A stretch of 64,000 nucleotides of DNA from an uncultured Planctomycetota bacterium (GCA_963737655.1 CAVTTN010000002.1:5024001-5088000); one strand, 5' to 3'; counted from the stretch's first letter, positions 43,013-53,595 are shown. The notes: generated by a model not told the origin, from the sequence alone. Translations and numbers: made by a program.

Positions 43013-44465
43013 GAGCGTCTCGGGTCGCCCTGGAGGGCGAAGGAAGGTCGGCGAGCGGGGGTCGGGCCGTCGCGGAGGGCAGGAACAAGGTCATCGCCGC
43101 CCCTCCTTTCGGGGCGTCTCCGGCGAGGAGCTCGCCGTGGTGGGCCAGGGCGATCTCCCGGGCGATCGCCAGTCCGAGCCCGGTCCCCTCGGCCCTCGTG
43201 GTGAAGAACGGCTCGAAGAGGTGGTCGCGGGCCTCGGGGGCCAGGCCGGGGCCGGTGTCGGAGACGGTCGCCTCGACGCCCCCTCTCGAGGGGTCGCGGC
43301 GGGTGCGGATCTGCATCGTCCCGCCCCTGGGCATCGCCTGGAGGGCGTTCGTCGTCAGGTTGCGGAGGATCTGGAGGATGGCCTGGGGGTCGAACCGCGA
43401 CGGAGGCAGGTCGGCCGCGAGGTCCAGGACGATCCCGACCCCCTGGGCCTCGGCCGAGGGCTGGGCGAGCCTCGCCGCCTCGCTCGCCTGGGCGTTCAGG
43501 TCGCCCGGCTCGAGCGATCGGGGCCCGACCTTCGAGAACTGGAGCATCCTCGCCACGATCGATTCCAGCCGATCGACCTCCGCGAGCAATTCCGAGGTGA
43601 GTTCCGAATCGTTCACGAGGCCGCGCTCCCAGAGCTGGACGAGCGACCGGACGCCCGCCAGGGGGTTGCGGATCTCGTGGGAGACGCCCGCGAGAAGTTT
43701 CCCCAACGCGGCCAGACGTTCGTTACGCTTCATTTCGACGAGTATCCGCTCTCGATCCGCCCTCTGACGACGGATGGTGAGCGTAAGGGACGTGCTGAGG
43801 CCCAGGGCCACGAGGATGCCGCCCAGGGCCAGCCCGGTGGACCACTGGTACGACCTCAGCGACCGGCCGAACGAGCCGGGGTCGTCCAGGCGGAGCAACG
43901 CCCAGGTCGCCGCGACCCTCCGGCCGTTGACCTTCACCGGGGAGGCGCGGACGGCCAGCGTCCCCCCGGGCGAGTCGATCAGGCGGTCGATGGGTCGGTT
44001 GCGTTCGAGGGCCTCGCGGACGCGGTCATCGATCAGGTCGAATTCGACCGACGGCGGGGCCGACGGCCTCCTCCGGCCGCTCTTCTTCGCCGGAGACGCC
44101 CCGACCGGACCGGACCGCGCCGAGCCGACGTAGCGATCGACCGAGGGGAGGAAGTATCCGGCCTCCACGCCCGGGATCTCGGCGATCGCGGAGGCGGCCT
44201 CGGCCGAGAGCCAGAGGTCCAGGACGTCCCAATCCTCCGGGTCGAGCGTCTCGGGCCAGCTCGGGACGATCGACAGCCCCTTCGCCCCCCGGACGGCCAG
44301 CGCATCATCGACCCGGGCCAGGACGCGGCCGGCGTCGGCCCTCCGCCTTTCCCGGGCCAGCGCATCGTCGCCGGCCCTCCAGAGCGACCCCGCGGCCGCC
44401 CCGAGCAGCGCCACGACCGCCACCGCCTGGACGGCCAGCCCGGCCCGCTCTCGCCCCGTGCCCAT
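43005..44465 (-). CDS. Sensor histidine kinase (2 TM, periplasmic sensor)
   Basis: GVSHEIRNPL H-box, NALQAM N-box, DTGPG, FEPFFTT, GTGLGL. Confidence 0.93.
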   Translation of the reverse strand: MGTGRERAGLAVQAVAVVALLGAAAGSLWRAGDDALARERRRADAGRVLARVDDALAVRGAKGLSIVPSWPETLDPEDWDVLDLWLSAEAASAIAEIPGVEAGYFLPSVDRYVGSARSGPVGASPAKKSGRRRPSAPPSVEFDLIDDRVREALERNRPIDRLIDSPGGTLAVRASPVKVNGRRVAATWALLRLDDPGSFGRSLRSYQWSTGLALGGILVALGLSTSLTLTIRRQRADRERILVEMKRNERLAALGKLLAGVSHEIRNPLAGVRSLVQLWERGLVNDSELTSELLAEVDRLESIVARMLQFSKVGPRSLEPGDLNAQASEAARLAQPSAEAQGVGIVLDLAADLPPSRFDPQAILQILRNLTTNALQAMPRGGTMQIRTRRDPSRGGVEATVSDTGPGLAPEARDHLFEPFFTTRAEGTGLGLAIAREIALAHHGELLAGDAPKGGAAMTLFLPSATARPPLADLPSPSRATRDAHG

Positions 44466-44571
44466 CGTTCGGATCGCCTCCGTCCCGCCGTCGGGAAACG
44501 CCCCGGATCGCTCGCAACTCCGGGGCCGTCTCATCACGAGGCCGCCAGCCGGCTCCCCTGAGGATTCTTCG

Positions 44572-44988
44572 TCAGTCCCGAGCCTCCGGGCGTTTCGGCT
44601 CGTGCGGGCAGGGTCGCGCCCATCCCGGGTTGCCGGCGTCGATCTCCACGCGCCGGCCGACCCCGCGGAAGCCGTTCAGGCTCGGGCTATGCATCCGGAA
44701 TCGCCTCTCGGGCCCGGGGGTATGCCCCGAGGGATCGGTGTCGAAACGCACGGTGACCTCGAAGCGATTCTCTTCGCGGTCCAGCCGGCTCATCGTCCAC
44801 TGGTCGTCGGGGATCGTGATGCGGATGATGGTCCCGCATTCGGCCCTCGGTCGCTCCGAGACGAGGGGACCGGCCGGTTCGGGCCGTGTCGTCGGCCCGT
44901 GGATCAGGGCGAGCCCCGCGACCATCCCTGCCAGGAGCAGCGCGAGCGAGATGAGCCAGGCTGGCGGGCGGTCGCGGATGGGCATCAT
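44572..44988 (-). CDS. Hypothetical membrane-anchored protein
   Basis: WLISLALLLAGMVAGLALI TM followed by a short soluble domain. Confidence 0.45.
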   Translation of the reverse strand: MMPIRDRPPAWLISLALLLAGMVAGLALIHGPTTRPEPAGPLVSERPRAECGTIIRITIPDDQWTMSRLDREENRFEVTVRFDTDPSGHTPGPERRFRMHSPSLNGFRGVGRRVEIDAGNPGWARPCPHEPKRPEARD

Positions 44989-45135
44989 GGCGGGACGACT
45001 CCCCTCGGCCGGATCGGGACGAAGACCGATGACGGCGTCCCGACCGGGCGGAATCCGCCCGCGGAGGCGTCCGCGATCCGCCCGGTCGTCCCCCCGATTG
45101 TCGCGAAAACCTCGGGAATTTGCGAGGACGGCGAG

Positions 45136-45151
45136 CGGCATCATTCGTGCG
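45136..45151 (+). promoter_or_regulatory. Candidate sigma-54 (-24/-12) promoter
   Basis: CGGCATCATTCGTGCG: GG(45137-38)-N10-GC(45149-50), ~70 nt before ATG 45222 and divergent from a sigma-54 activator. Confidence 0.6.
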
Positions 45152-45221
45152 AAGTCGGATTGGCTCCCCGGCGACGACCGCTCGGGGCGGCTCCGGCTGA
45201 TCCCTCCAGGAGAGCGACACG

Positions 45222-47330
45222 ATGCTCAAGCTTTGCGCGACGGCCGCGACGGTGGCCGGTCTGGGCCTCACGGCCATGTTCACGACTCCCCAGGAGCCGG
45301 CCGAGCCGGCGAGGGTCGAGGCGAAGTCCGACCCGGCCAACGACCTCCGGGACGCTTACGACATCCTCCGTCGGCTCCGGTCCGAGAGGCTGTCGGACCG
45401 GCCCAAGGCGCTGTACGACAAGGCCGCGGCGATGTACCGGGACGCGATCAAGACGGCGGCGGCCGGCAACCTCGACCGCGCCCGGTCGCTCGCCGAGGCG
45501 TCGAAGGACCTGGCCCGGGCCCTGGAGCTGGCGCTGGACGCCCAGAAGGCCGAGCAGGCCGACCCGGACTTGCCGCCTCCTCCGGGGCCTTCGCGGAGGA
45601 CGTACACGATCACCCGGCCGGTGGTCGTGAACCGCGATGCCACCACGACGGTTCGGACCATCACCGACCCGGCGAAGGCCGCCGAGCTCCCGCCGCCCCT
45701 TCCGACCGAGGATCGCGTGGTCTCCGCGAGCCCGTACCAGAAGAAGAAAGCCACGGCGAAGGTCGAGGAACAGACCGTGATCGTCGGAGGGGACCGGGTC
45801 CGGCTGTTCCGGCCCTCGGGCGAGGAGGCCGGCAAGGGCGAGGCCCGCGAGGTGATCGTCGAGAGGATCGAGGGCGAGCCCGCAAAGATCGCCTACAAGC
45901 TCCAGGGCGACGTGAAGCTCCACGAGAGCGCGAAGGCGGACGTCCAGAAGAAGGTCCTGGACGAGATCCGCGTCGAGCTCCAGGACCTGATGGAGGCCCA
46001 GAAGATCGGCTCGCAGGCGGACCGGGCGAAGCAGGAGATGGAGAAGGCCACCGAACAGCTCCAGAAGCTCAAGAGCCTCACCGCGATCGGGGTGGCCCGG
46101 AAGGCCCAGGGGACCGAGGCCCACGAGGCCCACGACGCCCTGAAGAAGGCGTATGAGCGGGTCCGCGAGGCCAGGAACGCGACGAAGGACGGCGATTCCC
46201 GGGTCGTCCTGGACGCCGCCCGGGACCTCTACAACGCCGCGAGGCGAGACGCCGAGGCCGGTCGGTTCGACCGGGCCGCCGAGCTCGCCGGGGCCGCCGA
46301 GGCGCTCACGAAAGTCCCCGAGCACCTCGCCGCCACCAAGGCGCAGGCGAAGTCCGTCTCCGAGAAGGCCAGGGCCGACGTCGCCCGCTTCCGCGACGAG
46401 GTCAAGAAGGCCGAGGCCCAGGCCCGGGTGACCGAGCGCAAGGCGAGGGCCGAGGCCGAACTCGCCAGGGCGGAGGCCGACAAGGCCCGTGCCCTGGCCG
46501 AGAAGGCCGAGGCCCAGGCCCGCAAGGACGCCGAGGCCCCGAAGGCCGAGGCCCCGAAGGCCGAGGAGGCGAAGCCCGAGGGCGGCCTGGGCGTCTCGAT
46601 CTCGTTCGACGACGGCAAGGCCAAGGTCCTGGAAATCTTCCCCGACGGCCCCGCCGCCAGGGCCGGCACGATCCACGTCGGCGACGCGATCGTCGGCGTC
46701 GAGACCGAGACCGGCGCCACGATCGGATTCGGCGAGAAGTCCCAGGACGACGCCACGAAGCTCCTCCGCGGGCCCAACGGGACGAAGGTCAAGGTGATCG
46801 TCCAGCCCGGGGGCTCGGGCGACCGCAAGGTCATCACGATCGAGCGAGGGACGATCAACCCGCCGGCCGCGAAGGACCCCTCCTCGCGCAACGACCTCCC
46901 CGAGGGCATCCCCGACGCCCTCCGCGCCCTGATCGTCGAGCCGAAGCCGATCGAGGTGAAGGTGAATGTCGTCGCCCCGGCCGAGCCCGGGGCCAGGAAG
47001 GATGAGGAGGTCGGGCGGATCGGCGTCTCGATCTCCTTCGAGGACGGCAAGGCCAAGGTCCTGAACGTCCTCCCCGACTCCCCGGCCGCCAGGACCGGCG
47101 CCCTGAAGCCCGGAGACGCGATCGTGGGCCTGGAGGCCGACGCCCTGGGCAAGGTCGAGTTCGCCGGCAAGACGCGGGAAGACGTCCTCAAGCTCCTCGC
47201 CGGCCCGGCCGGCACGAAGGTCAAGTTGAGGGTCGCCACCGAGGGCGGAGAGCCCCGGGTGGTCGAGATCGAGAGGACGACCCTCGACGGGGCCAAGGTC
47301 GCCCCCGGACTGCCCCCGAAGATTGATTGA
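45222..47330 (+). CDS. Exported protein with a duplicated helical domain and two PDZ domains
   Basis: RBS AGGAG, signal-like N-terminus; PDZ copies GLGVSISFDDGKAKVLEIFPDGPAARAG and RIGVSISFEDGKAKVLNVLPDSPAARTG. Confidence 0.85.
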   Translation: MLKLCATAATVAGLGLTAMFTTPQEPAEPARVEAKSDPANDLRDAYDILRRLRSERLSDRPKALYDKAAAMYRDAIKTAAAGNLDRARSLAEASKDLARALELALDAQKAEQADPDLPPPPGPSRRTYTITRPVVVNRDATTTVRTITDPAKAAELPPPLPTEDRVVSASPYQKKKATAKVEEQTVIVGGDRVRLFRPSGEEAGKGEAREVIVERIEGEPAKIAYKLQGDVKLHESAKADVQKKVLDEIRVELQDLMEAQKIGSQADRAKQEMEKATEQLQKLKSLTAIGVARKAQGTEAHEAHDALKKAYERVREARNATKDGDSRVVLDAARDLYNAARRDAEAGRFDRAAELAGAAEALTKVPEHLAATKAQAKSVSEKARADVARFRDEVKKAEAQARVTERKARAEAELARAEADKARALAEKAEAQARKDAEAPKAEAPKAEEAKPEGGLGVSISFDDGKAKVLEIFPDGPAARAGTIHVGDAIVGVETETGATIGFGEKSQDDATKLLRGPNGTKVKVIVQPGGSGDRKVITIERGTINPPAAKDPSSRNDLPEGIPDALRALIVEPKPIEVKVNVVAPAEPGARKDEEVGRIGVSISFEDGKAKVLNVLPDSPAARTGALKPGDAIVGLEADALGKVEFAGKTREDVLKLLAGPAGTKVKLRVATEGGEPRVVEIERTTLDGAKVAPGLPPKID

Positions 47331-47348
47331 TTGAGCGGCCGGCGGGGG

Positions 47349-47387
47349 AAATGGGGGGCTGGCGTCCGAACTCCAGCCCCTCATTTT
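47349..47387 (+). terminator. Probable intrinsic terminator
   Basis: AAATGGGGGGCTGG...CCAGCCCCTCATTTT hairpin just after the stop. Confidence 0.5.
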
Positions 47388-47515
47388 CGCGGTCCGGCCT
47401 CGGCACGATTGCCCGGGGGCCGGGGATCGGCTAGGCTGGGCCCGTCCATGACCCCCGAAAGGGCGGATCGCGTCTTCGGGGAGGTCCGGCCCGAAGGCCG
47501 TCGCCGAGGGGTTCG

Positions 47516-48970
47516 ATGAAGGTCGTCCTGATCGCGTCCGAGGCGGTCCCGTTCTCGAAGACGGGCGGCCTGGCCGACGTCGCCGGGGCCCTGCCCCGCG
47601 CCCTGGCCGCCCTCGGCCACGAGGTCACCCTGATCTCGCCGCGATATCGCCAGGTCTTGCCCGGGGCGCCGATCCTGGAGGCCACGGGCCTCTCGATCCG
47701 CGTGCCGATCGGGTCGAAGGCCGTCGGCGGACGACTCCTCGCCGCCGAGATCCCCGGGGGGGTCGGCGTGGTGATCGATCAGCCCTCGTATTTCGACCGC
47801 GACGGCCTGTACGGGATCGACGGCAAGGATTATCTCGATAATTCGGAGCGCTTCGCCTTCTTCGCGAGGGGGGCGATCGAGGCCGTCAAGGCGATGGGGC
47901 TTCGGCCCGACGTCCTCCACCTCCACGACTGGCAGACCGGGCCGATCCCGGGGTTCCTCCGGGGGCCGTACCGCGACGACCCCTCGCTCCGGGGATGCGG
48001 GACGGTCCTGACGATCCACAACCTCGCGTATCAGGGCGTGTTCCCGAGAGAGCACGTGGCCCTGACCGGGCTCGCCGACTCGCCCCGGATCGTCTCCGAC
48101 GGCCGATTGAACTTCCTCAAGGCGGGGATCGCCTTCGCCGACCTGCTCACGACGGTCAGCCCGACCTATGCCAAGGAGGTCCAGACGCCCGCCTTCGGCT
48201 GCGGCCTGGACGGCCTCCTCCGCGAGCGATCGGCCGACCTCCGGGGGCTCCTCAACGGGATCGACACGACCCTGTGGAACCCGGCCGACGACGTCCAGTT
48301 GGCCTGCCGGTTCGACGCCGAGACGTTCGAGGCGGGCAAGGCCGGGTGCAAGGCGCTCCTCCAGAGGCGACTGGGCCTGCCCGAGAGGCCCGAGGTCCCC
48401 CTGTTCGCCCAGATCGGCCGGCTCGACCCGCAGAAGGGCTGGGAATTGCTCGCGGGGGTCACCGACGACCTGCTCGCCCAGGACGTTCAGCTGGTGGTGC
48501 TGGGCCAGGGCCTGCCGGTCTATCACGAGCTGCTCGACCGGCTCTCCAACCGCCACTCGGGCCGGCTCCGGGCGGTCCTGGAGTTCGCGCCGTCGCTCGC
48601 CCACCAGATCGAGGCCGGGGCCGATTTCCTGCTGATGCCCAGCCTGTACGAGCCGTGCGGTCTGAACCAGCTCTACAGCCTGAGATACGGGACGGTGCCG
48701 ATCGTCCGGGCCACCGGAGGGCTCGCCGACACGGTCGTGGACGCGACCCCGGTCACCCTCCGCGACGGCTCGGCCACCGGGTTCGCCTTCCGGGAGGCGA
48801 GCCCCGACCCGTTCTGGCAGGCGATCCTCCGGGCCCTGACGCTCTGGAGGGACAGGCCGTCGTTCCGCCGGCTCGTCCGCGCGGGGATGGCCGGGGACTG
48901 GTCGTGGGACCGCAGCGCCCGCTCCTATACTCGCGTGTATGAAGAGGCCCGAGACCGGGCCTCCGCCTGA
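47516..48970 (+). CDS. glgA: Glycogen synthase
   Basis: KTGGLADV, HLHDWQ, TIHNLAYQG, RLDPQKG, PSLYEPCGLNQ, TGGLADTV. Confidence 0.96.
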   Translation: MKVVLIASEAVPFSKTGGLADVAGALPRALAALGHEVTLISPRYRQVLPGAPILEATGLSIRVPIGSKAVGGRLLAAEIPGGVGVVIDQPSYFDRDGLYGIDGKDYLDNSERFAFFARGAIEAVKAMGLRPDVLHLHDWQTGPIPGFLRGPYRDDPSLRGCGTVLTIHNLAYQGVFPREHVALTGLADSPRIVSDGRLNFLKAGIAFADLLTTVSPTYAKEVQTPAFGCGLDGLLRERSADLRGLLNGIDTTLWNPADDVQLACRFDAETFEAGKAGCKALLQRRLGLPERPEVPLFAQIGRLDPQKGWELLAGVTDDLLAQDVQLVVLGQGLPVYHELLDRLSNRHSGRLRAVLEFAPSLAHQIEAGADFLLMPSLYEPCGLNQLYSLRYGTVPIVRATGGLADTVVDATPVTLRDGSATGFAFREASPDPFWQAILRALTLWRDRPSFRRLVRAGMAGDWSWDRSARSYTRVYEEARDRASA

Positions 48971-48997
48971 TCCCCGATCCCCCGCGGAGCGCCCCAG

Positions 48998-50005
48998 ATG
49001 CCCGACCTTCGCAAGGACCCGATCGTCGGCCGGTGGGTCATCATCGCCACCGAGCGAGGCAAGAGGCCCCACGACTTCCACGGGGAGGCCCAGGTCCTCG
49101 CCGCCCCCGGGAACTGCCCCTTCTGCGAGGGGAACGAGGCCAGCACCCCTCCCGAGATCGTCGCCTACCGCGACCGAGGCTCCGCGCCCAACTCCCCCGG
49201 ATGGCGGGTCCGCGTGGTCCCCAACAAGTTCCCGGCGCTGAAGGTCGAGGGGGCCCTGGAGAAGCGCGGCGAGGGGATCTACGACCGGATGGCGGGCGTC
49301 GGCGCCCACGAGGTCATCATCGAGACGCCTCATCATCACGTGAGCATGGCCGACCTCGCCGAGGAGAACATCCGGGAAGTCCTCTGGGCCTATCGAGACC
49401 GCCTGATCGACCTCAAGAAGGATGACCGCCTCGCCCACGGGATGCTCTTCAAGAACGTCGGCGCCGCCGCCGGGGCGAGCCTGGAGCACACCCACAGCCA
49501 GTTGATCGTCACGCCCACGGTGCCGATCTCGGTCTGGGAGGAGATGACCGGCTCCTTGGAGTTCTACAACTACCGGGGACGTTGCATCTACTGCGACATG
49601 ATCCACCAAGAGATCGCCACCGAGAAGCGAATCGTCCTGGACTCGCCCCATTTCACGGCGTTCTGCCCGTTCGCCAGCCGGTTCCCGTTCGAGACCTGGA
49701 TCCTGCCGAAGTCGCACTCCAGCCACTTCGAGAACATCCCCAAGACCGGGGTGGACGACCTCGGGACGGTCCTCAAGCAGGTCCTCGGCGGCCTGGAGAC
49801 GGCCCTGGACCGCCCGGCGTACAACTACATCATCCACACCGCCCCGTTCGACCATCAAGAAATGCACCACTACCACTGGCACATCGAGATCATTCCCCGG
49901 CTCACCAAGGTCGCCGGCTTCGAGTGGGGGAGCGGGTTCTACATCAACCCCACGCCGCCCGAGGACGCGGCCGGGTTCCTGAGGTCGGCGATCGCGCCGG
50001 GCTGA
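48998..50005 (+). CDS. galT: GalT-family nucleotidyltransferase (HIT-like)
   Basis: [53 protein letters not shown]. Confidence 0.9.
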   Translation: MPDLRKDPIVGRWVIIATERGKRPHDFHGEAQVLAAPGNCPFCEGNEASTPPEIVAYRDRGSAPNSPGWRVRVVPNKFPALKVEGALEKRGEGIYDRMAGVGAHEVIIETPHHHVSMADLAEENIREVLWAYRDRLIDLKKDDRLAHGMLFKNVGAAAGASLEHTHSQLIVTPTVPISVWEEMTGSLEFYNYRGRCIYCDMIHQEIATEKRIVLDSPHFTAFCPFASRFPFETWILPKSHSSHFENIPKTGVDDLGTVLKQVLGGLETALDRPAYNYIIHTAPFDHQEMHHYHWHIEIIPRLTKVAGFEWGSGFYINPTPPEDAAGFLRSAIAPG

Positions 50006-50012
50006 AGAGAGG

Positions 50013-50840
50013 ATGGAAGATGGAGAAGGCGAGGTGAATTTCTTGTTCTGGAACTTGAAGCGGAATCCGCTGACATCTCGCGTCGTCCGTCTCGCCGGGT
50101 TGTACGAGTTGGACGTCCTGATGCTCGCGGAATCGGTCTTACCTTCCGACGAATGGCTCGATAGCCTGAACGGGCTGGGCATGGGGACTTTCTGGCAGGC
50201 GAGCCCGGAAGGGGACGATGTCGCGGTCTTCGTCCGACTCCCGACCTGGGCGGTCGAGCCGGTCTCGGCCGAACCGCGACGTATGTTGACTTATCGGGTA
50301 TTCGACCGTGACGGAGAGGAGTTCTTGCTGGTGACGCTCCATCTCCCGAGCCTGCTCCATCGGAGTGAGATGGAACTGTTGCTCGGGGCGACCCGATATT
50401 CGAGGGAGATCATCGCGATCGAAAACCGTCGCGGCCATCGCCGGACCGTGGCCGTGGGGGACTTCAACATGAACCCGTTCAGCGCCGGGATGGTCGCGTC
50501 GGACGCTTTTCATGCGGTCATGACGAAAGAACGGGCCCGGGAGGAAGGGCGAATCGTGGATGGCAAGACGTGCCCGTTCTTCTACAATCCGAAGTGGGGA
50601 TTCTTCGGAGATCGGACCGCCGGTCCCGCCGGGACTTATTACTATGATGCGTCTAAATCCATCAGTTACTTTTGGAATATTTACGATCAGGTTTTGCTTC
50701 GTCCTGCGCTTAAGTCATCTCTCGAAGAGTTGGTCGTCGTGACGAGCGACGGCCAAGACTCGCTTGTCCATCCGAACGGCATTCCTGATCAAAGGAATGC
50801 ATCCGATCATTTACCGATTTTCTTCAAACTCTCGACGTGA
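50013..50840 (+). CDS. Endonuclease/exonuclease/phosphatase (EEP, DNase I-like) protein
   Basis: LFWN, LAE, HLPS, GDFNMNPF, GTYYY, YDQVLLRP, SDHLPI; start may be GTG 50034; visibly AT-richer. Confidence 0.88.
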   Translation: MEDGEGEVNFLFWNLKRNPLTSRVVRLAGLYELDVLMLAESVLPSDEWLDSLNGLGMGTFWQASPEGDDVAVFVRLPTWAVEPVSAEPRRMLTYRVFDRDGEEFLLVTLHLPSLLHRSEMELLLGATRYSREIIAIENRRGHRRTVAVGDFNMNPFSAGMVASDAFHAVMTKERAREEGRIVDGKTCPFFYNPKWGFFGDRTAGPAGTYYYDASKSISYFWNIYDQVLLRPALKSSLEELVVVTSDGQDSLVHPNGIPDQRNASDHLPIFFKLST

Positions 50841-50856
50841 ATCCAGGGGCGGTCTC

Positions 50857-51333
50857 ATGGCATCAACCATCCCGAGCGTGTGGCCCGACGATATCTCGGT
50901 CGATGTCGTTTCCCCGATGGCCATCCTCAACGCTCAGAAAAGCGCGCTCGCCGAGAAGACGAAAAACCTCGTCGTGGCAGACATCGTGACGAGCGAGAAA
51001 GATGGAATGGTCTGGCATCGATTCGACCTCGTCGCACCCTCGCTCAGCGGTTATCGTCGCGAAATCTTCTCGGTGGGTCACACGAAAGATGAGGTTTGGC
51101 CTGCGACGCTTGACGCGGAACACTTCTCGGAGTTTCGCGAGAATTATCGCGACATCGAAGTCGATGGGCGCCCCCAGACTGACGGTCCCGATGGACTTCT
51201 CAGGCTCTTGGCGGAGCTGTTCCAATCGCCATCGATCCGCACTTCGCTCGACTCCCTGATCGCCAGAGTCAATGACGGTCGTTCCCAGCCGCCGAACTCT
51301 GGTGTCTCAAAACCAACCTCCAAGAGCTCCTGA
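50857..51333 (+). CDS. Hypothetical protein paired with the EEP nuclease
   Basis: WPDDI..SPMAILNAQ..L.EKTKNLV..FDLVAPSLSGYR..FSV.H..WP; AT-richer codon usage. Confidence 0.75.
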   Translation: MASTIPSVWPDDISVDVVSPMAILNAQKSALAEKTKNLVVADIVTSEKDGMVWHRFDLVAPSLSGYRREIFSVGHTKDEVWPATLDAEHFSEFRENYRDIEVDGRPQTDGPDGLLRLLAELFQSPSIRTSLDSLIARVNDGRSQPPNSGVSKPTSKSS

Positions 51334-51380
51334 TTGGCGTCTTTGGACACCTGAGATCCTCCCGCCCGAGGCCCCTTCGC

Positions 51381-53575
51381 ATGACCGGCGTCCGCCTGAT
51401 CCTCGCCCTCCATGACCATCAGCCGGTCGGCAACTTCGACGACGTGTTCGAGGCGGCGTATCGCTCGGCGTATCGGCCGTTCCTGGATGCGATCGAGCCG
51501 TATTCGGACGTCCCGTTCGTGTTGCATACCTCCGGGCCTTTGCTGGAATGGCTCGTCGAGAGGCATCCGGAATATGTCGAGCGGGTCCGCAAGCTCGTCG
51601 CGGCGGGTCGGGTCGAGATCCTCGGCGGAGGGTTCACCGAGCCGATCCTGACGATGATCCCCCATCGCGACCGCGTGGGCCAGATCGCCTCGTATTCTCG
51701 GTATCTGGAAGGGCTGTTCGGCCAGCCGATCCGCGGGATGTGGGTGCCGGAACGGGTCTGGGAGCAGCACCTGGTCTCGGCCCTGGCCGAGGCGGGCATC
51801 GAGTTCACCGTCCTCGACGATTTCCACTTCCAGAGGACCGGGGTGGCCGAGTCCGACCTCTTCGGCTACTACCTGACCGAGGACGAGGGGAAGCTCGTGA
51901 AGGTCTTCCCCGGGTCGGAGGAGCTCCGCTACCTCGTCCCGTTCCGGGAGCCCCACGACTCGTACGAATTCCTCCGCAGGGTCGCCCGCGAACGGCCGGG
52001 CGCCACGGTGGTCTTCGCCGACGATGGCGAGAAGTTCGGCTCGTGGCCCCAGACGTTCGATCACATTTACACGAACGGCTGGCTCCGCCGGTTCCTGGAC
52101 ATGCTCTCGGCGAACCGGGACTGGATCCGCGCCACCACGTTCGGCCGGGCCGTGGATGAGACCGTGCCCCTGGGCAAGGTGTTCCTGCCCGATTCGTCGT
52201 ATCGCGAGATGACCGAGTGGGTCTTGCCCGCCGATCGCCTGGTCCGATTCGAGAGGGCGTTCAAGGGCACCCAGGGCGACCCTGCCGCCGATCGGCTCCG
52301 CCCGTTCGCCCGGGCCGGGGGGTTCTGGAGGAACTTCAAGGCCAAGTATTCCGAGACGGACGAGATGTACTCGAGGATGCTCGGCGTCTCGGAACGGCTC
52401 GCCGCGATCGGTCCCGGGGCCGACCCCGACGACGTGGCCGAGGCCCGCTCCGAGCTGTTCAAGGGCCAGTGCAACTGCCCGTACTGGCACGGGGCGTTCG
52501 GCGGGTTGTATCTGCCCCATCTCCGGGCGCGATCTATCGCCACCTGATCGCGGCCCATGACGCCCTCGATCGCGCCGAGGGGAAGATCGGGCCGAGGGTC
52601 TCGCTCGACGTGGCCGATTTCAACCTCGACGCCCGCCAGGAGGTGAAGCTCGAGAATGATCGCGTGATCGCGTTCGTCCGTCCGGCCGGCGGCGGGCACC
52701 TGTACGAGCTGGACGTCCGCCATTGCCAGACGAACGTGCTGGCGACCCTCCAGAGACGGCCCGAGGCGTACCACGGCGCGATCGCCGCCTCGGCCCGGGG
52801 CGAGTCCGAGGACGGCGGCCTCGGCCCGAGCATCCAGGAGGGCGTGGTCCTCAAGCAGGAGGGCCTCGATCGCCGGATCGTCTACGATTTGCACCCTCGC
52901 AAGGCGCTCGTCGATCACTTCTATCCGCTCGACGTGACCCTGGATGACCTGGTCGCCTGCCGGGACGTCGAGCGAGGCGACTTCGCCTCCGGCACCTATC
53001 TGGCGAAGGTCGTCCGGGCCGAAACGCAGGTCGCCTTGACGATGGAACGGCCCGGAGTGGCCGACGGTCATGCGGTCCGCCTGAGCAAGACGGTCACGCT
53101 CTCGGCCGGGAGCCCGTCGCTGGACGTCCATTACGTCCTGGAGGATTTGCCCGTCGGCGTCCCGGTGCATTTCGCGGTCGAGATGAACCTCGCGGGGATG
53201 GCCGGGCATGCCGACGACCGCTCTTACTCGTCGCCCGACGGCCGGCGGCTCGGCCTCCTGGATTCCCGCCTGGACCTCGATGAGTCGTCGGGCGTGTCGC
53301 TGACCGACGAGTGGCTCGACCTGGGGATCGGCCTGCGGTGGAGCGTCCCCGGCGGGCTGTGGTGTCACCCGATCGAGACGGTCAGCCAGAGCGAGGGCGG
53401 ATTCGAGGCCGTGTATCAGGGCTCGGCCGCGATCCCCCACTGGATCGTCTCGGCCGACGACTCCCGGCGATGGGAGGTGCGGATCTCCCTGACCGTGGAT
53501 CGGGCGGAGACCAGCCGCCAGCACGCCAGGAGCGAAGGCGAGGAGGGGAGAAAGGCCCTGGAACTGATGATCTAG
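51381..53575 (+). CDS. GH57 alpha-amylase / 4-alpha-glucanotransferase (frameshift near 52527)
   Basis: HDHQPVGNF, GMWVPERVW, DDGEKFG, SYREMTEW, QCNCPYWHGAFGGLYLPHLR; C-terminal domain (RRPEAYH, ETVSQSEGGFE..YQ) in a second frame. Confidence 0.92.
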
Positions 53576-53595
53576 AGTAACCTACGTTTTCGTGA

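Noticed and set aside
47401..47416. Sigma-54 promoter upstream of glgA (CGGCACGATTGC)
   Set aside because: GG-to-GC spacing is not 10 nt
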